From: Flavobacteriales bacterium TMED84 | GTDB lineage: Bacteria > Bacteroidota > Bacteroidia > Flavobacteriales > BACL11 | DNA: 64,000 nucleotides | Direction of reading: 5' to 3' | Assembly (NCBI GenBank): GCA_002172655.2 | Contig: NHEL02000013.1 | Location: 18,572-82,571 of the forward strand | Part shown: positions 40,156-48,997 of the stretch, one piece after another | Layout: each line of letters begins with the position of its first letter | Numbering within the stretch: position 1 is the first letter of the stretch | Position numbers and translations under genes: made by a program | The notes under the pieces: generated by a model | Told to the model about the DNA's origin: nothing | What the model saw: only the letters and a program-made list of their open reading frames with translations | Database searches by the model: none

Positions 40156-40233
40156 ATGATAGCTTTTATTTGTACACTTCTTGCAATTGCATTATTTATG
40201 ATGCTCTCTAGCAGAATAGAGAAATATCTCTAA
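40156..40233 (+). CDS. Possible 25-aa hydrophobic micropeptide (MIAFICTLLAIALFMMLSSRIEKYL)
   Basis: ATG-to-TAA ORF below the ORF-track cutoff, with a single TM and a charged tail. It starts 4 nt after the terminator. No promoter motif was seen. Confidence 0.2.
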   Translation: MIAFICTLLAIALFMMLSSRIEKYL

Positions 40234-40265
40234 CTGAGTATTTTTATTAATTTTAAACTTAAAAA

Positions 40266-40478
40266 ATGCTAGATTTTTTTGATAAAATTCAATCCTTCAT
40301 AATTCGCATAATCAAATTAGCCCTAACTCTATTGTGTCTTGGAGTTATAACACAACTATTGATTAACGATAAAATTCTTGGTTGGGACCCAGTTGGAAAT
40401 ATTCAAGATGCAGGAAGTTCTTTTATAGGAATTCTTTTCATCATTATTTTATATCAACTCTACAATAAAAATAGTTAG
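40266..40478 (+). CDS. Small two-TM membrane protein, probable distant paralogue of the 75-aa ORF
   Basis: 70 aa with the same architecture as ORF 39866 (Phe-rich amphipathic N-terminus; LCLGVITQLLI aligns with LGLGVAVEILF). Its stop overlaps the polA stop. Confidence 0.5.
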   Translation: MLDFFDKIQSFIIRIIKLALTLLCLGVITQLLINDKILGWDPVGNIQDAGSSFIGILFIIILYQLYNKNS

Positions 40479-43106
40479 TGAGCATCTAACCAGTTATTTG
40501 AAATTCCTATATCTACTTTAAGTGGTACAGCCAACTTTGTTGCTTTCTCCATTTTTTCTTTAACCAATTTCTTCATCTCATTTATTTCTGATTTATCAAC
40601 ATCGAAAACTAACTCGTCATGCACTTGTAAAATCATTTTAGAATTTAAATTTTGAAGTGCTATTTCATTATTTATATCAATCATTGCTATTTTAATAATA
40701 TCAGCGGCTGTTCCTTGAATTGGCATATTGATTGCAATTCTCTCCTCAAATGATTTCAAAACATAATTTTTTGAATTTATATTTCTCAGTGGTCTTTTTC
40801 TGTTAAAAATTGTCTTAGCAAATTCGTAGTTTCTAGCTTCTTCAATCAAAAAATCCATATACTTTTTTACCCCTTTGAACTCATTAAAATAACTATCAAT
40901 TATTTCTTTTGCTTTGTTTCTACCAATACCTAAATTTTGAGACAAACCATGAGGAGATATTCCATAAATTATACCAAAATTTACAGCTTTAGCATCAGAT
41001 CTCATTTCTTTTGTTACTTTGTCTAAAGGAACATTATTAATTTTTGAAGCAGTTGCTGAATGTATATCTAAATCGTTATTAAATGCACTTATCATAAAAT
41101 TATCATTACTTAATGATGCCATTATTCTTAACTCTATTTGCGAGTAATCAGCAGCTAATAAAGTGAAGTCAGAACTTCTTGACTTAAATGCCTTTCGAAT
41201 GAGCTTGCCTCGGCTAGACCGAATGGGTATGTTTTGAATATTAGGATTTACAGAACTTAAGCGTCCGGTTGATGTTACTGTTTGATTAAATGTGGTGTGA
41301 ATTCTTTCAGAAACAGCAACTTTTGGTAATGCTTTTACATAGGTATTATTAAGTTTATTTATTTCCCTGTGCTCGAGTATTAAATTAATAATCGGATGTT
41401 TATCCCTCAGTCTTATTAATGTTTCCTCAGAGGTCGAGTATTGTCCAGATTTAGTTTTCTTTGGCTTATCCGTTAATTTTAAATAATCAAATAGTACTTC
41501 TCCTAATTGTTTAGGAGAGGAAACATTAAATGTTTTTCCAGATATTTTTACTATTTCATTTTCAAGCTTAAATAGTTCATCATCTAATTGCTTAGAAAAA
41601 TCATTTAAGAAATTTATATCTATTTTGATTCCACTTTTTTCCATTTCAAGCAGAGCATTAATTAATGGAATTTCAATTTCTTGAAAAAGATCAAGTAGAT
41701 TGGAACTCTTTAGTTCATCTAATTGTTTTTTGTAAGTTTCATAAAAAGCTGAAACAAAGTGATCATTAAAATCAGCGTTAGTGTATTTTGCGACTAAATT
41801 TCTTATTTGACTGTTAGCAGAGGAATCTATCAGATACTCAGCTATGTGAAGATCAAAAAAATTGGTCTCAAGTTTTTTTGGTTGTTGAAAAATAGTTTTA
41901 AGTAGGAACTTAACATTATTACTAATGATTGTTTTTGTTGAGCTACTAAAATTAGACTCAAGAAAATCTTTTAAAAACTTTTTTGTACCAACATTAATTT
42001 CATTTACCAATAATTTTTTGTTTGAATCACAAATGAAAACACATAAGGATTTTTCACCTGAGGGGTTATCTAATGCAATTGACAAATGTGATACACCTTT
42101 AAGACTATTTAATTCTCTTTTAAACTCTGAATCATCCATTTTAATAAGTTCAGATTTATTTTCTTCGCTAGCATTAGTGAATAAATCAGGTTGTTTTGTC
42201 TCAGTAGTAGATGTTGCTTTTAGATTTTCTTTTGAAAAAATCTTTTCAGAAAGATTTCTAAACTCAAGCTCATCAAATAGTTCTTTAAGTTTGACAGAAT
42301 GGAATTGACCAACTATCATTTCTTTCTCATCAAATTCAATTGGAACATCAGTAATAATAGTTGCCAACCTTTTAGATAGTATTGCTGATTCTCTGCCATC
42401 TATCACTTTTTCCTTAATTTTTCCACTTATCTTATGTACATTTTCTAGTAAGTTTTCTACAGAACCAAATTGAGAAATAAACTTTTGAGCTGTGACTTTA
42501 CCCACACCTGGAATACCAGGTATGTTATCTGAAGCATCTCCCATAAGTGCAAGCAAATCAATTACCTGTTTTTGATTTTGAATTTTAAATTGCTCAAGTA
42601 CATTTTCTACTCCCCATATTTCACTTGGCTTCCATTTACTAGATGGTCTATACATTTTTATGTTTTTAGAAACAAGCTGAGCAAAATCCTTGTCTGGTGT
42701 CATCATAAAAACATCAAATTCTTTTTTTTCTAAGGCTTTGGAAATGGTTCCAATAATATCATCAGCTTCATAGCCTGGCTTAGCATAAGTCTTAACATTA
42801 ATTGAATCAAGAAATTTAAAGATATAGTCTAGAGAGTTTTTTATGGGATCAGGCATTTCCTGCCTATTTGCTTTATACTCAGAAAATTCGATGTGTCTAA
42901 ATGTTGGTTCTTTTGAATCAAAAACAACAGCTAAATGTGTAGGCTTATGTTTATTTATGATTTCAAAAATTGAGTTAGCAAAGCCAAAAACAGTTGATGT
43001 ATCATAACCTTTTGAATTAATTCTAGGATTTTTTATGAAAGCAAAGTATGCACGATAAATTATTGCGTATGCATCAACTAAAAATATTTTTTTTTTTTAC
43101 TTTCAT
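40475..43106 (-). CDS. polA: DNA polymerase I, frameshifted as assembled (one extra A in the mRNA-sense A12 run, + strand T12 at 43087-43098)
   Basis: The 793-aa ORF holds the 5'-nuclease C-terminal part (GYEADDIIG, GDASDNIPGIPGVG) and polymerase motifs A/B/C (LAADYSQIELRI, RSDAKAVNFGIIYG, QVHDEL). The missing N-terminus (IFLVDAYAIIYRAYFAF...EYKANRQE) is read in the same frame up to the run. The ATG at 43104-43106 is one frame off. Confidence 0.9.
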
Positions 43107-43153
43107 TTCATAAAATTAAACTTTTTAAACTTTAATTCATCTATCTAATTTAA

Positions 43154-43780
43154 TTGAAAAGAAAAAATTTAAAATCCTTAAAATTTTCTGCAATAATTCT
43201 AATAATTATTTGGTCCGTTAAAATATTTGAAATTATTTTTGATTATGACTTTACTGAGTATGGTGTTTTACCAAGAAACTTCAATGGTCTGATAGGTATA
43301 TTGTTCAGCCCTCTAATACATTCAGACGTTAATCATCTACTGAGTAATAGTTTACCAGTAATTATTTTATGCCTACTTATTTTTAACTTTTACAGTCAAA
43401 TTGCAAAAAAAATATTCATATATCTTTACTTTATTTCAGGCTTATGGCTTTGGTGTTTTGGTAGAGAATCCTTTCACATAGGTGCTAGTGGTTTAATTTA
43501 CGCCATGGCAAGCTTTTTATTTTTCAGTGGGATTTTAAGAAAAAACTCTCAATTAAGTGCGGTCGCGTTGTTAGTAATTTTCATTTACGGTGGACTATTT
43601 TGGGGTCTTTTCCCAATACATAAAAATGTATCATGGGAAGGTCATTTAACTGGATTTATTGCTGGAATTTTAGTTTCATTTATTTGCAGAAAAGATGGGC
43701 CCAAAAGAAAGAAATATAATTGGGAAATTGAGGAGGATTTGGAAGTTAATAATAATGAACCAAATCATTATATAAACTAA
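43154..43780 (+). CDS. Rhomboid family intramembrane serine protease
   Basis: 208 aa with 6 TM, the catalytic GxSG block (HIGASGLIYAM) and a His in a later TM (WEGHLTGFIAG). It uses a TTG start. Confidence 0.8.
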   Translation: MKRKNLKSLKFSAIILIIIWSVKIFEIIFDYDFTEYGVLPRNFNGLIGILFSPLIHSDVNHLLSNSLPVIILCLLIFNFYSQIAKKIFIYLYFISGLWLWCFGRESFHIGASGLIYAMASFLFFSGILRKNSQLSAVALLVIFIYGGLFWGLFPIHKNVSWEGHLTGFIAGILVSFICRKDGPKRKKYNWEIEEDLEVNNNEPNHYIN

Positions 43781-43783
43781 AAA

Positions 43784-44005
43784 TTATTTAACTGAGAACC
43801 AAATTCTCTCATGACCGTAATAAAAAATCAACTTTAGCACTCTATCTACCGCTACCAAAAAGCCAGCTCCTTTTTTTGATATTCCTTCAAGGTCAAACAA
43901 AGGGGGTAACATCGTCAAAACAATATATGTTGTTGTCATGGCTAATAAATTCCAAGTTATTGCTTTAAATAAATGTTTTCTTTTTGTACTCATATTTTTT
44001 TTCAT
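43784..44005 (-). CDS. DUF2061-like small membrane protein
   Basis: 73 aa with family-like N-terminus (KRKHLFKAITWNLLAMTTTYIV) and C-terminus (YYGHERIW). Confidence 0.6.
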   Translation of the reverse strand: MKKNMSTKRKHLFKAITWNLLAMTTTYIVLTMLPPLFDLEGISKKGAGFLVAVDRVLKLIFYYGHERIWFSVK

Positions 44006-44044
44006 ACTTATTTATTATAATTTAGATTGAGAATATAAATAAAC

Positions 44045-44052
44045 TAAATTTG
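44045..44052 (+). promoter_or_regulatory. Candidate -7 promoter box (TAaaTTTG) for lepA
   Basis: Exact TAnnTTTG match ending 5 nt before the ATG at 44058. Confidence 0.4.
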
Positions 44053-44057
44053 TTTAT

Positions 44058-45848
44058 ATGTTAAATATCAGAAATTTTTGCATAATAGCGCACATAGATC
44101 ACGGGAAAAGTACTTTAGCTGATAGACTATTACAGGCTACAAATTCTATTTCAGAAAGAGAATTTAAAAATCAAATGCTAGATGATATGGATCTTGAGAA
44201 AGAAAGAGGAATTACAATTAAAAGCAAAGCAATTCAAATGAAGTTCCTCAGAAATAATATTGAATATACTTTAAACCTTATAGATACCCCAGGACATGTT
44301 GATTTTTCATACGAGGTTTCTAGATCAATTGCTGCATGCGAAGGTGCTCTATTAATTGTAGACGCAGCTCAAGGAATTCAGGCGCAAACAATTAGTAATT
44401 TATATTTAGCACTTGATAATGATTTAGAGATTTTACCAATAATTAATAAGATTGATTTACCGAGTGCTGATCCGGAAGTTGTGAAAGATCAAATTGTTGA
44501 TTTAATTGGATGTAGTAAGGATGAAGTTTTAGAAGTAAGTGCAAAAACAGGACAAGGAATTGATAAAATTTTAGATTCTGTCATAGATCGTATTCCACAT
44601 CCTAAAGGAGATTCTGAATCACAGTTACAGGCTATGATTTTTGATTCAGTTTACAATCCATTTAGAGGAATTGAAGCTTATTTCAAAATATTTAACGGTA
44701 AAATTCAAAAAGGTGATAAAGTAAAGTTTATTGCTACTGGAAAAGAATATTTCGCTGAAGAAATTGGAGTATTAAAAATAAAACAAGAACCAAAAAAAAT
44801 ATTATCAACTGGCGAGGTTGGGTATATTATTTCTGGAATTAAGAATGCCAATGAGGTCAAAGTTGGTGATACAATAACATCAACAAATAATCCTTCAAAA
44901 AATGCAATTTTAGGATTTGAAGATGTTAAGCCGATGGTCTTTGCGGGAATATACCCCGTTGATACTGATGATTATGAGGAACTCAGAGTTTCTATGGAAA
45001 AATTACAACTTAATGATGCATCATTAACATTTTCACCTGAATCATCTGTTGCTCTTGGGTTTGGTTTTAGATGTGGATTTCTAGGTATGCTACATATGGA
45101 AATTATTCAAGAAAGACTTGAAAGAGAATTTGAAATGAATGTAATCACCACAGTGCCTAATGTGTCATATTTTGCTCATAACAAAAAAGGAGATAAAATC
45201 ATAATTAATAATCCCTCTGATTACCCTGACCCCAGCACTTTGGATTATGTTGAAGAACCCTACATTAATGCACAAATAATTACAAAAGCTGATTTTGTTG
45301 GGCCAGTTATGAATCTTTGCATTGAAAAACGAGGTGTTTTAAAAAATCAAGTTTATTTGACAACAGATCGTGTAGAACTAACCTTTGACATCCCTCTTTC
45401 CGAAATTGTATTTGACTTTTATGATAAACTAAAAAGTATTTCCAAAGGTTATGCGTCTTTTGACTATCATCCCATTGACTATAGAATATCAAATTTATCT
45501 AAACTTGACATTCTACTTAATGGTGATCATGTAGATGCCTTGTCCGCCTTAGTACATAAGGATAATTCATTTACATTAGGCAAAAAACTTTGCCATAAAC
45601 TTAAGTCACTAATTCCTAGGCAACAATTTGATATCGCTATTCAATCAGCTATTGGTTCCAAAATAATTTCGAGAGAAACAGTAAAGGCTGTAAGAAAGGA
45701 TGTAACAGCCAAATGTTATGGGGGAGACATCACAAGAAAAAGAAAACTTTTGGAAAAACAAAAAAAGGGAAAGAAGAGAATGAAACAAGTCGGAAATGTG
45801 GAAATTCCTCAAAATGCATTTTTATCAGTACTTAAGTTAAATGATTAA
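44058..45848 (+). CDS. lepA: Translation elongation factor 4
   Basis: 596 aa with G1-G4 GTPase motifs ([18 protein letters not shown]) and the LepA-specific C-terminal domain ([25 protein letters not shown]). Confidence 0.95.
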   Translation: MLNIRNFCIIAHIDHGKSTLADRLLQATNSISEREFKNQMLDDMDLEKERGITIKSKAIQMKFLRNNIEYTLNLIDTPGHVDFSYEVSRSIAACEGALLIVDAAQGIQAQTISNLYLALDNDLEILPIINKIDLPSADPEVVKDQIVDLIGCSKDEVLEVSAKTGQGIDKILDSVIDRIPHPKGDSESQLQAMIFDSVYNPFRGIEAYFKIFNGKIQKGDKVKFIATGKEYFAEEIGVLKIKQEPKKILSTGEVGYIISGIKNANEVKVGDTITSTNNPSKNAILGFEDVKPMVFAGIYPVDTDDYEELRVSMEKLQLNDASLTFSPESSVALGFGFRCGFLGMLHMEIIQERLEREFEMNVITTVPNVSYFAHNKKGDKIIINNPSDYPDPSTLDYVEEPYINAQIITKADFVGPVMNLCIEKRGVLKNQVYLTTDRVELTFDIPLSEIVFDFYDKLKSISKGYASFDYHPIDYRISNLSKLDILLNGDHVDALSALVHKDNSFTLGKKLCHKLKSLIPRQQFDIAIQSAIGSKIISRETVKAVRKDVTAKCYGGDITRKRKLLEKQKKGKKRMKQVGNVEIPQNAFLSVLKLND

Positions 45849-45857
45849 TAAATAAAA

Positions 45858-46604
45858 ATGGCAGGGCATAGTAAATGGGCAAATATTAAACATCGCAAAG
45901 GGGCACAAGACGCAAAGAGGTCTAAAATATTTACAAAACTTATAAAGGAATTGACAATTGCTGCAAAAGTTGGCGGAGATGATAAAGATTCTAATCCAAG
46001 ATTAAGAACTGCTATTCAAAATGCCAAAGGAGCAAATATGCCTAAGGATACGATTAATAGAGCAATTAAAAAAGGTATGAGCAATGAAGCAGAAAATTAC
46101 ACAGAAGTTAGCTTTGAAGGATATGGCCCTAGCGGCATTGCCTTTTTTATAGATTGCTCAACAGACAACAATAATAGAACTGTATCAAACGTGAGAGCTA
46201 TATTTAATAAATTTGGCGGGGAACTAGGTACAAAAGGGTCACTAGAATTTATTTTTAATAGAAAGGGGCTTTTTATTATTGAAAAAAATAAAATTAATAG
46301 CAACATAGATGAGTTTCAAATTAATCTGATTGATTGGGGACTTGACGATTTTATCATTGACGAAGATTTATGTTTTTTATATGTTGAGATGAAAGACTTC
46401 AATAAAATGCAAAAAAAACTAGATGAAGATAATGTTTTTGTAAAATCATCTGAGCTTATAAGACTGCCTAATTCAACTAAGAATTTAGAGTTTGAAAAAG
46501 CTCAATCAATAATAAAAATGATTGAGAAATTTGAAGAGGATGATGATGTTCAAAATGTTTTTCATAACTTAGAAATAACTGAGGAAATAATTAGAAAAAT
46601 ATAA
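45858..46604 (+). CDS. yebC: YebC/PmpR family DNA-binding transcriptional regulator
   Basis: 248 aa with the hallmark N-terminus MAGHSKWANIKHRKGAQDAKR. Confidence 0.92.
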   Translation: MAGHSKWANIKHRKGAQDAKRSKIFTKLIKELTIAAKVGGDDKDSNPRLRTAIQNAKGANMPKDTINRAIKKGMSNEAENYTEVSFEGYGPSGIAFFIDCSTDNNNRTVSNVRAIFNKFGGELGTKGSLEFIFNRKGLFIIEKNKINSNIDEFQINLIDWGLDDFIIDEDLCFLYVEMKDFNKMQKKLDEDNVFVKSSELIRLPNSTKNLEFEKAQSIIKMIEKFEEDDDVQNVFHNLEITEEIIRKI

Positions 46605-46608
46605 TTTT

Positions 46609-47889
46609 ATGAACGTACTAATCATTGGAAGCGGAGGAAGAGAACACGCAATTGCATGGAAAATTTCCAAAAGTAGTATGATTAAAAAACTAATTGTTTG
46701 CCCTGGTAATGCTGGCACTGAGTTAGTTGCTAAAAATATTGAATTAGATATTACTGATTTTAACAAAGTTAAATTATTGTGTCTAGAAGAAGAAATTGAT
46801 ATTGTAATTGTTGGTCCAGAAGATCCATTAGTAAACGGTATTTCTGACTATTTTGAGATTCAAAAAGAATTAAAGGATGTAACTCTGATTGGTCCATGCA
46901 AAAAAGCTGCACAGTTAGAAGGGAGTAAAGACTTTGCAAAAGAGTTCATGAAAAAGTATAATATCCCAACTGCTAAACATAAAACTTTTGATATTAACTC
47001 AATAGAAAGCGGATATAAATTTCTAGAAAACTTATCACCCCCCTACGTTTTGAAAGCGGATGGGCTTGCTGCAGGTAAAGGGGTATTAATATTGGATAAG
47101 CTTAATGAGGCAAAAAAATGCTTGAAAGAAATGATTTTGGAAAATAAATTTGGTAATGCTTCAGAAAAAGTTGTGATTGAAGAATTTTTGGAAGGTGTGG
47201 AACTATCAGTTTTTGTGTTGACGGACGGATCAACTTACAAAGTTCTTCCAACAGCAAAAGACTACAAGAGAATTGGTGAGAAAGATACAGGGCTTAATAC
47301 TGGAGGAATGGGGGCTGTGTCACCTGCAACATTTATAGATCGTTTTTACCTTGAAAAAATAGAAATGGAAATAGTTAAACCAACAATAGAAGGTTTAAAA
47401 AAAGAAAACATTAATTATTTAGGATTTATTTTTTTTGGTTTAATTGATGTTGCGGGAGAGCCTAAAGTTATAGAATATAATGTTAGAATGGGTGATCCTG
47501 AATCAGAAGTGGTTTTTCCCAGAATTAAATCTGACTTGTTAAATCTGCTGGTAGGAATTAAAAATGGCACATTTAGTGAAAAAGATTTGCATATTGATAA
47601 AAGAGTTGCTGTTACTGTTATGCTAGCATCTCAAGGTTACCCAGAGAATTATGAAAAAAATAAATTAATTGATTTACCTGAAGATTTTAATGAAAGTTTA
47701 ATTTTTCACTCAGGTACAAAATCCAAAAGTGGTAGCTTATACACCAGCGGAGGAAGAGTGATGTGCATAACATCTTTATCTGAAAATTTAGAACAAGCCA
47801 TAGAAAAATCATTAAAAGTATGCTCAAAAATTCATTTTGATGGAAAATACTATAGAAAAGATATTGGACGTGATTTGATTAATTATTAG
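46609..47889 (+). CDS. purD: Phosphoribosylamine--glycine ligase
   Basis: 426 aa with N-terminal MNVLIIGSGGREHA and ATP-grasp blocks (LKADGLAAGKGV, EYNVRMGDPE). Confidence 0.94.
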   Translation: MNVLIIGSGGREHAIAWKISKSSMIKKLIVCPGNAGTELVAKNIELDITDFNKVKLLCLEEEIDIVIVGPEDPLVNGISDYFEIQKELKDVTLIGPCKKAAQLEGSKDFAKEFMKKYNIPTAKHKTFDINSIESGYKFLENLSPPYVLKADGLAAGKGVLILDKLNEAKKCLKEMILENKFGNASEKVVIEEFLEGVELSVFVLTDGSTYKVLPTAKDYKRIGEKDTGLNTGGMGAVSPATFIDRFYLEKIEMEIVKPTIEGLKKENINYLGFIFFGLIDVAGEPKVIEYNVRMGDPESEVVFPRIKSDLLNLLVGIKNGTFSEKDLHIDKRVAVTVMLASQGYPENYEKNKLIDLPEDFNESLIFHSGTKSKSGSLYTSGGRVMCITSLSENLEQAIEKSLKVCSKIHFDGKYYRKDIGRDLINY

Positions 47890-48052
47890 ATTTCTTTTCC
47901 TTTTCGTGTTTAAACATTTGCACTGTCCAAAGAACTAAAAAAGCAAAAATGATTAACATATATAAATAATTAAATTTATTACCTATTATGGGCAAGATTT
48001 CAAATGATTTTGTGAAAAAATCACCAAGAAAACACCAAAATTCTTTAAACAT
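47879..48052 (-). CDS. Unannotated 57-aa single-TM membrane protein, below the ORF-track size cutoff
   Basis: The hand-translated minus-strand ORF is MFKEFWCFLGDFFTKSFEILPIIGNKFNYLYMLIIFAFLVLWTVQMFKHEKEKKSNN. It fills the otherwise empty 189-nt gap, and its 3' end overlaps purD convergently by 11 nt. Confidence 0.45.
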   Translation of the reverse strand: MFKEFWCFLGDFFTKSFEILPIIGNKFNYLYMLIIFAFLVLWTVQMFKHEKEKKSNN

Positions 48053-48078
48053 TTTTTTTTGTAAAATTACATTTTTAA

Positions 48079-48979
48079 ATGATAATTGAAAAGTTAATTA
48101 ATAGTAAAACTCAAACAGTAATATTTTTTTTTATTGTTTCAATAATATACTTACTGCTTCCATTATCAAAGCTGTTAGAGCTTAATTCTGAGACTATTAA
48201 AATTTTTAATTTAATATTTTCTTCAGCAACACTTTTTTTTTTCCTCTTTGTATTTAACAAATATAATTTTTGAAAAAAGTATTATAAAAAAAAATAATAT
48301 TGTAGTACCAATAGTTTTTCTAGCCTTATGCATGCCTGTAGTTGATTTTAACTTTTTAATGATTGGTAATTTAATACTAATAATCAGTCTTAATGAGGTG
48401 TTTAACCTTTATCAAAAAAACAATCCTTTCACTAATTTATTTAATTGCAGCTTTGCTATAAGTGCTTGTACTCTAATTTTTAATTACTATTTTGGGTTGT
48501 TTTATATTCTCGTTCCACTTTCGCTTTATATTTTTGGAAATAATTCTTGGAGATCTTACTTTGTTTCAATAATTGGCCTGTTATGCCCAATAATAATTTT
48601 CTATTTTTTGAAGTTTAACGGAATTTATTTAAACTTTGAAAAGCAGTATGTAACTAACATCTTAAAAATACATGAATTAAAATATTGGATAATACTTTTT
48701 TTTATAATATGTTTTTTTTCAACTGTAGAACTCTTTGTTTGGATTAACAAAAAAAGTAGTAAATCTAGAAGATGTTTTTATATAATATTTTTATATCTTT
48801 TTGTATCAATTTCTATCTTTATATTTTCAGGAGATAGTGATTTTTTACTTTTTTCAATTGCACCTATTTCCATCATTTTATCTAACTTTTTTATTTACTC
48901 TAGATTTCGATTTATTTCTAATTTATTATTAATAACATTCATATTAAATTCTCTATACAATAGATTCTTAATAATTTAA
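48079..48979 (+). CDS. Multi-pass membrane protein of unknown function, apparently one gene split by one extra T in the T10 run at 48233-48242
   Basis: ORFs 48079..48273 and 48248..48979 overlap, and both are strongly hydrophobic. The second has only a TTG start, and its frame is open back to 48215. Deleting one T fuses them (...SSATLFF|SSLYLTNIIFEKS...) into about 299 aa. Confidence 0.45.
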
Positions 48980-48985
48980 TATTTA

Positions 48986-48993
48986 TACATTTG
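48986..48993 (+). promoter_or_regulatory. Candidate -7 promoter box (TAcaTTTG) for purQ
   Basis: Exact TAnnTTTG match ending 4 nt before the ATG at 48998. Confidence 0.4.
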
Positions 48994-48997
48994 ACTA

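Noticed and set aside
10883-48979. An alternative genetic code or programmed ribosomal frameshifting (prfB/dnaX style) as the explanation for the five split genes.
   Set aside because: The breaks are frame changes, not in-frame stops, so reassigning TGA/TAA/TAG would not fix them. Trp is encoded by TGG, and all three stops terminate genes at homologue-consistent lengths. The sites lack the usual slippery heptamer plus stimulator (internal SD or stop context, downstream hairpin) and instead share only a long homopolymer.
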